A DNA stretch of 64,000 nucleotides from positions 10,536 to 74,535 of the forward strand of contig JAZRXD010000063.1 in assembly GCA_045600045.1 (NCBI GenBank), in the 5' to 3' direction. Each line of letters begins with the position of its first letter. Position 1 is the stretch's first letter. This document shows, piece by piece, positions 1 to 6,704 of this stretch. A model generated the notes under the pieces. The model was not told the DNA's origin, searched no databases, and was given only the letters and a program-made list of their open reading frames with translations. The translations under genes were made by a program, and so were the position numbers. The stretch comes from Bacteroidales bacterium. Lineage in GTDB: Bacteria > Bacteroidota > Bacteroidia > Bacteroidales > UBA1715.

Positions 1-5
1 ATAAC

Positions 6-620
6 ATGCAGTTAGGAATTTCATCATATTGCAGGATAACGAACAACAAAGTCATAATCAACGGAAAGGAACTCGCAATTTCGCGCAGCGATTCTTCGTG
101 GCTATGCGACATTTACCATGCTTTGAACATTTCATATCCGAAATTTTTTAAGATGGACAATCTTGCCAAAAGCGGATTTTTAGGTTCCGAAGCTGTTTTA
201 CAATCTATTGAATTCGACAAAAATACATTAAAAGAAAATGTTGCTGTTGTTTGCTGCAACCGCAGTTCTTCCCTCGACGACGACACCGCTTATCAAACAA
301 CCATACAAGACAAAAACAACTACTACCCATCGCCTGCTGTTTTTGTATATACATTGGCAAACATTGTGACTGGCGAAATCTCCATACGAAATAAAACAAT
401 GGGCGAAAGCGCATTCTACGTTATGGAACAATTCAGTCCCGAAAAATTCTATTCTTTCGTACAAGGTGCATTTTCCGACAATACAATAAATGCTTGCCTT
501 TGCGGTTGGGTTGAATATTTCGAAAATAACTGTGACGTGCTTTTCCTTTATATTGAAAAAACTAACAAAAAACATCTTTTATCTCCGAGCGAACTCGAAA
601 AAATCTACAACTTTTGTTAG
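6..620 (+). CDS. Small condensing-enzyme-like (KS/chain-length-factor-like) protein, function uncertain
   Basis: 204-aa ORF. The central stretch PSPAVFVYTLANIVTGEISIRNKTMGES recalls small non-catalytic beta-ketoacyl-synthase-like proteins of Bacteroidota lipid/aryl-polyene clusters, but no Cys-His-His triad is evident. The ATG is 5 nt from the window edge, so upstream context is unseen. Confidence 0.3.
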   Translation: MQLGISSYCRITNNKVIINGKELAISRSDSSWLCDIYHALNISYPKFFKMDNLAKSGFLGSEAVLQSIEFDKNTLKENVAVVCCNRSSSLDDDTAYQTTIQDKNNYYPSPAVFVYTLANIVTGEISIRNKTMGESAFYVMEQFSPEKFYSFVQGAFSDNTINACLCGWVEYFENNCDVLFLYIEKTNKKHLLSPSELEKIYNFC

Positions 621-658
621 TTCTCAAAACGAACATTTAAGAACAAAAAATAGACAAT

Positions 659-693
659 TGAGTTAATTATAGCATCAACTCATTCCGTTTTTT
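659..693 (+). terminator. Weak rho-independent terminator after the first ORF
   Basis: TGAGTT (659-664) pairs with AACTCA (677-682), followed by a T-run at 688-693. The stem is short and the loop is 12 nt. Confidence 0.35.
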
Positions 694-704
694 GATAAAA
701 ATCA

Positions 705-712
705 TATATTTG
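705..712 (+). promoter_or_regulatory. Bacteroidetes -7 promoter box (TATATTTG) for the Crp/Fnr-family gene
   Basis: Exact match to TAnnTTTG, 28 nt upstream of the ATG at 740. Confidence 0.5.
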
Positions 713-739
713 CAATACTTATTAATAAAATTTCATGCG

Positions 740-1432
740 ATGAGAATACCACCAAAAGATGTTTTACTAAAAGAATTAGCAAACACAGATTTTGCTAAAT
801 GTCTTACAGCCAAGGATATAGAAAAACTTGACAAATCAATTAAATTTCTTTCTTACTCAAAAGGAGAAACTATCTACAAACAAGGTGCAAAAATCAATGA
901 ATTCGGTTTGTTAGTCAAAGGTTTATGTAAGTTAACCGTTGAAAACGAAACAGAAAACGAACTTGGCACAATTGTTTGGATTAAAAAACCTGTAGGTATT
1001 ATCGGTATTACAACATTGTTGGAAGAAAATTATTTGGCAACAGCCACAGCAATGAGCGAAGTTGTTGTTGCTTTCTTCGACAGAAATGATTTTCTTCAAA
1101 TCATAAAAGAAAATGGTAAATGTGCTTTCGAACTTTTCAAATACAGCACAAATTCCATTAAAAACCACGTAAGCCACTTGGCTGACTTAGGACAAAAATC
1201 AATTCGTTCCCGTTTGGCTTGTACATTGCTTAACGTTGCAAATTTCGCTAACAATGATTTCATCGATCTTCCTATTTCAAGAAACGATTTGGCTGAATAT
1301 ACTGGTATTGCAACAGGAAGTACAATTCGTTTGTTGAGCGACATGGAAAAAGAAGGTGTTATTGTACTTGACAAAAAGACTATCAAAATCAAGGATAAAG
1401 CAAAACTTATTGAAATCAGTAAAGAATCTTAA
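740..1432 (+). CDS. Crp/Fnr-family transcriptional regulator
   Basis: N-terminal cNMP-binding-like region (GETIYKQGAKINEFGLLVKG) and C-terminal HTH (ISRNDLAEYTGIATGSTIRLLSDMEKEGVI). Start moved from the track ORF (692) to the ATG at 740, which follows the -7 box. Confidence 0.85.
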   Translation: MRIPPKDVLLKELANTDFAKCLTAKDIEKLDKSIKFLSYSKGETIYKQGAKINEFGLLVKGLCKLTVENETENELGTIVWIKKPVGIIGITTLLEENYLATATAMSEVVVAFFDRNDFLQIIKENGKCAFELFKYSTNSIKNHVSHLADLGQKSIRSRLACTLLNVANFANNDFIDLPISRNDLAEYTGIATGSTIRLLSDMEKEGVIVLDKKTIKIKDKAKLIEISKES

Positions 1433-1463
1433 TTCATTCGTACGATTTAAATAAATAATAAAA

Positions 1464-1505
1464 AACAAAAAGGGCGAAATCAAACGATTCCGCCCTTCTT
1501 GTTTT
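1464..1505. terminator. Bidirectional rho-independent terminator between convergent genes
   Basis: AACAAAAAGGGCG ... CGCCCTTCTTGTT forms a long GC-cored stem with A/T runs on both sides. It lies between the crp-like stop (1432) and the porin stop (1530). Confidence 0.7.
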
Positions 1506-1529
1506 GGTATGTTTTTCCAAATACTTCTA

Positions 1530-2891
1530 TTAGAAGCTATATTTCATCATCATTTGCAAACGATGGTTTGTAATCCAATGGATATTTTTTTCTGCCTTAC
1601 CATTTTCGGCATCAACATAATTCACACCATCGATAGTAATAAAGTCACCATATTCAACCCACGTCATCAACCATTCGAATGAAAGTGCCAACTTTCCCCA
1701 ATTACGGACAATTCCAGGTGCTAATTGACGCATAGAATTAACGTTTGCGTATGTGTTTTTCGACAAATAATTATTATTTACAGCAGCTAAATCAACACCT
1801 TCAACAGTTTTGTCGACATACAATTTGTCCATTGTACCCAAATTCTTTGAATAACCAACGAACAAAATTCCTTGCCATTTCTTTCCGTACGTCATACTTA
1901 ACCATGATGAAGAGAATTTTGTTGGTGTATATTCCCAATGGCCATCTTCGCCAAGTCCGTCGAATTTTTCAGTAACACCGTAACCACCATTCAAATTCAT
2001 GTGTTCACCACCTTGAGCATAAATACTCTTTGCTTTAACCTCGAAATCGTCTTTTTTATATTGAGCGTAAATAAATGGTGAAATCGTTGTCAATCTATCA
2101 GAAACTAACGCTGTGTACGAAGTTCCGTCGCTCATTTTGGCAGTTCCTTTGTAACGAGGTTTAATACTTAATACATCAACTCCCACACGACCAAGAAATC
2201 CGTTATCGCTATTGAAATTAACACCAAAATAAAATTCTGGAATGTTGCTGTATTTAATGTAGTTTGCCGAAGCTCCTTCCGGTCCGCCCGAAGTATATTG
2301 CATTTGCCAAAGAGCCGATGCCGTCAACGAAAGTTTACCTGGAATGTAGTCAAATGTGATTTGAGGAGTGCGGGCGAATGGTCCAAATGGAACACCAATT
2401 TCCAGGTTAGTGCTATGAACCATATCAATTGCCATTGGATGCCAAGCTTGTCCAACTTTCAAACCGTATTTGTTGTCACTCTTGTCTTTCCAATTCAAAG
2501 TTGTATATGCTTGACGAAGACGGAATTGTGCCGTTCCGGTAACACCACTCACACCACTATAAAAGTCAGCTTCAATTTTTGCACCAACTTCCATATTGTC
2601 ACCTATTCTGTAATTCTTCACATCCAAACCAAGACGTGAAGTGATTGCGCTCCATTTCATTGTTGGATGTTCGTTAATGTCGGTTCCATCGGCTTGTATA
2701 GAACGATCTAATGGCAAATAATAATACAATTCGTCGGTTCCGGCCTTACTTTCACGTGTGTCGAATGTAAAGTAATTGCGGACAAAACCATACCATTTCA
2801 ATTCTGCTTTTGGTGCTGGTTTTTCATCTTGGGCGAACGAAACACTTCCTACTAAAAGGGAAGCCGCTGTCAAACATATAATTTTTTTCAT
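1530..2891 (-). CDS. Outer-membrane beta-barrel porin (putative anion porin)
   Basis: Signal peptide MKKIICLTAASLLVGSVSFAQ, alternating aromatic/polar strand pattern, and a C-terminal ...MMKYSF aromatic terminus typical of OM barrels. It lies immediately downstream of a DASS transporter gene. Confidence 0.65.
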   Translation of the reverse strand: MKKIICLTAASLLVGSVSFAQDEKPAPKAELKWYGFVRNYFTFDTRESKAGTDELYYYLPLDRSIQADGTDINEHPTMKWSAITSRLGLDVKNYRIGDNMEVGAKIEADFYSGVSGVTGTAQFRLRQAYTTLNWKDKSDNKYGLKVGQAWHPMAIDMVHSTNLEIGVPFGPFARTPQITFDYIPGKLSLTASALWQMQYTSGGPEGASANYIKYSNIPEFYFGVNFNSDNGFLGRVGVDVLSIKPRYKGTAKMSDGTSYTALVSDRLTTISPFIYAQYKKDDFEVKAKSIYAQGGEHMNLNGGYGVTEKFDGLGEDGHWEYTPTKFSSSWLSMTYGKKWQGILFVGYSKNLGTMDKLYVDKTVEGVDLAAVNNNYLSKNTYANVNSMRQLAPGIVRNWGKLALSFEWLMTWVEYGDFITIDGVNYVDAENGKAEKNIHWITNHRLQMMMKYSF

Positions 2892-2907
2892 ACTACGTAT
2901 TAAAAAG

Positions 2908-2934
2908 AAAGGGGAACCTTTTGAGTTCCCCTTT
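2908..2934 (-). terminator. Perfect 10-bp hairpin between the DASS transporter and porin genes (terminator/attenuator-like)
   Basis: AAAGGGGAAC (2908-2917) pairs with GTTCCCCTTT (2925-2934). On the minus strand it is followed by CTTTTTAAT. It ends only 17 nt before the porin ATG (2891). Confidence 0.5.
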
Positions 2935-2946
2935 GGTTGTTTATTA

Positions 2947-4419
2947 CTATAATATTGATGCTACCGTTTGTGCTAATTCTGCTGTCTGTTCAAATGGGAA
3001 GATTGTTGTCAACCAGAAATATCCCAAAATGAAACCTACAACACCGATTATGATACCAACTTTAGCCATATCCTTAGTTTCAACCAAACCCGTTGATGCA
3101 GCAATTGCATTCGGTGGAGTTGAAATAGGGAACAACATTGCGATTGACGCACAAACTGCGATGAATGAAATCATTGCGTGTGTTCCACCCAACGACATAA
3201 ATGTGTCGTGGCTTGCTGCGGCTGGATCTGCCATTGCTTCGGCAACCACAATCAAGATTGGAATTAACAATGCTGCTGTTGCAGAGTTGCTGATGAAGTT
3301 CGACAAGAAGTAGCAAACCAAACCTGCGATGATGAATACAAGTACAACACCCATTGTTCCGAATGGAATGGCATCAATAAGAACTTTTGCCAAACCTGTT
3401 CCTTGTAAACATGTTCCCAATGCGAAACCACCGGCTACCAACCAAAGCACAGTCCAGTTGATTTCCTTGATATCTTCTTTTCCAAAAATACCCGTACAAG
3501 TAAGAACTGCAAGTGGAATCAATGCTACTACGTTAGAGTTGATACCTGTAAGTTTTTCCGTAGCCCACAACAAGATTGTACCAATGAATGTAATCCAAAC
3601 TACGTATGTTTTCCAGTCTGTCTTACGTTCATTTCCTTTTATTTCCAAAACAACTTCCTTCGATTTGAATGGGAAGAACAATTGTAGTATAACCCATGCA
3701 AACAAAATCATGATAATTACGTAAGGAATCATTCTAATTGCCCAGTCGCCGAAAGAAACCTCGCAACCTGCTTCAGCCAAGAATTTAACAGCTGTTGCGT
3801 TAGGTGGTGTACCGATTGGTGTACCTATACCACCAAGGTTTGCTGCTACGGGAATTGCCAACGACAATCCAATTTTACCTTTATCATCGCTTGGAAGCAC
3901 TGCAAGCACTGGTGCCAAGAAAGCCAACATCATTGCTGCTGTAGCTGTGTTACTCATAAACATTGAGAATACTGCAATTACAACCAAGAAACCAAGAAGA
4001 ACCATACGAGGATTTTTACCGAAAGGTTTCAAAAGGATTCTTGCCAATGTTACGTCCAATCCATATTTCGAAGCCATAATAGCCAACACAAAACCGCCCA
4101 AAAACAACATAACAACAGGATCGGCGAATGCTGACATAATATCGGTGTATTTAACCAATTGACCAGCTTCAGGGTTACAGAAATATCCGATACCTTTGTT
4201 TGAAACCGTCAACAACGAAAGTACAATAATCAATACTGATGTTGTCCAGTTAGGAATTGGTTCGAAAATCCAAAGCAATGCAGCCATAACGAACATGGCA
4301 ATCACACGCTGTTGCACAACTGTTAAATTTTCAATTCCAAACACATCCGTTGGAAGTGCCCAGATAGTCACCGTAATGGCGAAGGTTACTAATAAACCTA
4401 TAATCTTTTTTAAATCCAT
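2947..4419 (-). CDS. DASS/SLC13-family sodium-coupled anion (di/tricarboxylate or sulfate) symporter
   Basis: 490-aa polytopic protein with the duplicated hairpin-tip SNT-type motifs FMSNTATAAMM and FISNSATAALL that are characteristic of the DASS fold. Confidence 0.85.
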   Translation of the reverse strand: MDLKKIIGLLVTFAITVTIWALPTDVFGIENLTVVQQRVIAMFVMAALLWIFEPIPNWTTSVLIIVLSLLTVSNKGIGYFCNPEAGQLVKYTDIMSAFADPVVMLFLGGFVLAIMASKYGLDVTLARILLKPFGKNPRMVLLGFLVVIAVFSMFMSNTATAAMMLAFLAPVLAVLPSDDKGKIGLSLAIPVAANLGGIGTPIGTPPNATAVKFLAEAGCEVSFGDWAIRMIPYVIIMILFAWVILQLFFPFKSKEVVLEIKGNERKTDWKTYVVWITFIGTILLWATEKLTGINSNVVALIPLAVLTCTGIFGKEDIKEINWTVLWLVAGGFALGTCLQGTGLAKVLIDAIPFGTMGVVLVFIIAGLVCYFLSNFISNSATAALLIPILIVVAEAMADPAAASHDTFMSLGGTHAMISFIAVCASIAMLFPISTPPNAIAASTGLVETKDMAKVGIIIGVVGFILGYFWLTTIFPFEQTAELAQTVASIL

Positions 4420-4475
4420 AAAATTTTATTTTTTGTTAAACTTTGCTTTTAAGGCACACCTCCCCAAAAGCCACG

Positions 4476-4483
4476 CAAATGTA
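4476..4483 (-). promoter_or_regulatory. Candidate -7 box (TACATTTG on the minus strand) for the DASS-porin unit
   Basis: The plus strand reads CAAATGTA, which is TAnnTTTG on the minus strand, 57 nt upstream of the ATG at 4419. Confidence 0.35.
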
Positions 4484-4623
4484 AAGAAAAAGTGTTTACG
4501 TGTTACACGTACCGAGTTAAAAATTTCACGTGGAATATGAACAGGTGTTAATAATAGTTTTCAGTGACAAGCTGTTTGTTTTGTTGTAAAATTATTATAT
4601 CCTCAAACTTAACCGACATCACT

Positions 4624-6240
4624 CTACTGACAACTCACTCTATACATTGGTGTTTCTCCCAGGCACAATTCCAGCACATGCTTTTCGCAACTAAGGCGTT
4701 CTGTTGGGTCATGTGTCACGTGAAGCATTGTGGTTGTTCCTTTTTCGGCGATTAATTCCAAAAGATGAAGGATTTTTTCACGGTATTCTTCGTCAAGGCC
4801 GTGGCATGGTTCGTCCAATATCAATATAGGTGGACATTTCACAACAGAACGAAGAATCAACATTGCGCGTTGTTCGCCGTAACTCAAGTCGCGGAATAGT
4901 TCGTGTTCACGGCCGGCAAATCCACCAAGCGCAAGCCATTTGTCGGCAATGGCAATTTCAACACCAGTGGGAGCACCATACAATCCAATGGAATCACGAA
5001 AGCCGGAAATGATAAGATTGCGGAGGTTTGTGCCGCCAACCATCCTATATTCAACGTGAAGACGATACGACACAATGCCAAGCTTTTGCTTGATTTCCCA
5101 AATGGATTCTCCCGAGCCACGTTTTTTACCGAACAAACGGACATCGTTACAATAAACCTGCATATTGTCGCCAGTTATTAATTCCAAAAATGTAGTTTTT
5201 CCCGAACCGTTAGGGCCACGAACCAACCAATGTTCGCCTTTTTTCAGTTTCCAGTTCAAGTCAATCAGCACTTGATGGTCGCCCCAACCGACATTGACGT
5301 GGTTCATTTCCACAAGAATTTCTTCCTCTTCCGAAGTCTCTTGTTTAAGTGGAGCAGTATTTTCTATCGTTGCTGTTAGCGACGATGATAATTCTTCTTT
5401 TTTCGCCGCTTTTTCATTGTCTTTTTGTGTCTGTTTGCTTTTCAAACGTTGCACATAGTCATTTTTAGAGCCACAAAACGATACTTTTTTGTCGGCAAAT
5501 TCAATAACATTACTGATTGATTCAGGAATTTCGTGCCAACGTTCCATACATAATATAATGTGTGGATATTCCGAATCGCCTTTTTGCTGAGCGGTTACAA
5601 TGGTTGCGAAGAAATCGAACAAAATCTTACGGCTTTCGGCATCGAGTCCGGCGAACGGATCGCTCAAAACCAACATTTTTTTACCCGAAACCAATGCACG
5701 TGCAAGTAAAGTTCTTCTAATCTCTCCTGTTGACATATATTTAAGTCCGCGGTCGAGGATTTTTTGTATTCCACACAATTGTATGGCGAAATGCGTATCG
5801 AGGTCGTTTGCCCATTGCGGCAATTCGTCGTTCTTTTTCAACGGACCAAGAACACCTTCGGTAATAAATCTTCGGCCTGTTCTTCCTATATCAACACCGC
5901 CTTCAACATAGTCGCTTTCATCGTTGTTTCGTTCCTCCTCAATTAATTTAGCAGCGCGCTCCAACGAAACCATTTCGACTGAATCGCCAAAAACCGATGA
6001 AAACGAACCGTGCGATTCGACAACAGAATTCGGCACAAACGACATTTTTCCAGCGAGTGCATTCACAAAATCGGCTTTGCCGCCACCATTCGGACCAATT
6101 ACTAGCCATGCTTCGCCTTGGTTCATCCGCCAAGAAAGACTTGGCACAAACGTTTTTTCGTTGCCTTCGATTCGGCAATCAACTATCGAAATAAGAGCTT
6201 CAGAATCCATATCCTTAACATTTCGCGTGCGAAAGTACAT
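4624..6240 (-). CDS. Tandem-domain ABC ATPase without an adjacent permease (ModF-like)
   Basis: Two ABC domains. Domain 1: Walker A GPNGGGKAD, signature MSTGE, Walker B MLVLSDPFAGLD. Domain 2: Walker A GPNGSGKTT, signature LSYGEQ, Walker B ILILDEPCHGLD. An alternative start at M11 (6210) is possible. Confidence 0.85.
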   Translation of the reverse strand: MYFRTRNVKDMDSEALISIVDCRIEGNEKTFVPSLSWRMNQGEAWLVIGPNGGGKADFVNALAGKMSFVPNSVVESHGSFSSVFGDSVEMVSLERAAKLIEEERNNDESDYVEGGVDIGRTGRRFITEGVLGPLKKNDELPQWANDLDTHFAIQLCGIQKILDRGLKYMSTGEIRRTLLARALVSGKKMLVLSDPFAGLDAESRKILFDFFATIVTAQQKGDSEYPHIILCMERWHEIPESISNVIEFADKKVSFCGSKNDYVQRLKSKQTQKDNEKAAKKEELSSSLTATIENTAPLKQETSEEEEILVEMNHVNVGWGDHQVLIDLNWKLKKGEHWLVRGPNGSGKTTFLELITGDNMQVYCNDVRLFGKKRGSGESIWEIKQKLGIVSYRLHVEYRMVGGTNLRNLIISGFRDSIGLYGAPTGVEIAIADKWLALGGFAGREHELFRDLSYGEQRAMLILRSVVKCPPILILDEPCHGLDEEYREKILHLLELIAEKGTTTMLHVTHDPTERLSCEKHVLELCLGETPMYRVSCQ

Positions 6241-6344
6241 AAATTAATTTAGAGATGTGAGGTTAAATATTAGAGATTACGGGAGATTCACAGAAAAAAA
6301 TCATTAAAAATTTTTGGAACTCTTGACACGAATATAAAAAGTTG

Positions 6345-6352
6345 TATATTTG
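6345..6352 (+). promoter_or_regulatory. -7 box TATATTTG for the tRNA Thr-Tyr-Gly operon
   Basis: Exact TAnnTTTG 43 nt upstream of tRNA-Thr, with TTGACA at 6323-6328 upstream. Confidence 0.55.
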
Positions 6353-6394
6353 CACTGCTTTTTCAAAAGCACAGTTCTTTTACATAAAAAGATT

Positions 6395-6468
6395 GCCTCT
6401 TTAGCTCAGCTGGCCAGAGCACGTGATTTGTAATCTCGGGGTCGTTGGTTCGAATCCGACAAGAGGCT
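6395..6468 (+). tRNA. tRNA-Thr (anticodon UGU)
   Basis: Folded by hand. Acceptor GCCTCTT/AAGAGGC, D-arm GCTC..GAGC, anticodon loop TTTGTAA, T-arm GTTGG-TTCGAAT-CCGAC. Confidence 0.9.
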
Positions 6469-6476
6469 CTTTTTTA

Positions 6477-6561
6477 GGGAGTGTTCTCCAGCGGCAACGA
6501 GAGCAGACTGTAAATCTGCCGTCTTTCGACTTCGGTGGTTCGAGTCCACCCACTCCCACCA
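6477..6561 (+). tRNA. tRNA-Tyr (anticodon GUA), type II long variable arm, encoded CCA
   Basis: Acceptor GGGAGTG/CACTCCC, anticodon stem GCAGA/TCTGC with loop CTGTAAA, long variable arm, T-arm GGTGG-TTCGAGT-CCACC, and a 3' ACCA. Confidence 0.9.
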
Positions 6562-6564
6562 AAA

Positions 6565-6637
6565 GCGGGAGTAGCTCAGTTGGTAGAGCATTAGCCTTCC
6601 AAGCTAAGGGTCGCGGGTTCGAGTCTCGTTTCCCGCT
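6565..6637 (+). tRNA. tRNA-Gly (anticodon UCC)
   Basis: Acceptor GCGGGAG/TTCCCGC (one G-U pair), D-arm GCTC..GAGC, anticodon stem TTAGC/GCTAA with loop CTTCCAA, T-loop TTCGAGT. Confidence 0.88.
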
Positions 6638-6648
6638 CATTGATAAGC

Positions 6649-6681
6649 AAGCACTTACATGAATTTGTGAGTGCTTTTTTT
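6649..6681 (+). terminator. Rho-independent terminator of the tRNA operon
   Basis: AAGCACTTACA (6649-6659) pairs with TGTGAGTGCTT (6666-6676), with one G-U pair, and runs into TTTTTTT. Confidence 0.75.
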
Positions 6682-6704
6682 ATGTCTTGTTCAAAATGGC
6701 ATTT

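Noticed and set aside
692-739. 16-codon N-terminal extension of the Crp/Fnr ORF, and the 17-codon extension of the HdrC-like ORF (14204-14254).
   Set aside because: The crp extension contains the TATATTTG promoter box itself. The HdrC-like extension is a basic low-complexity leader upstream of a well-placed ATG. I prefer the shorter starts, though this is unproven.
6401-6662. Three track ORFs (79, 61 and 79 aa) covering the tRNA Thr-Tyr-Gly cluster on both strands.
   Set aside because: They coincide exactly with three hand-foldable tRNAs. The GC-rich tRNA sequence simply lacks stop codons, so they are not protein-coding.
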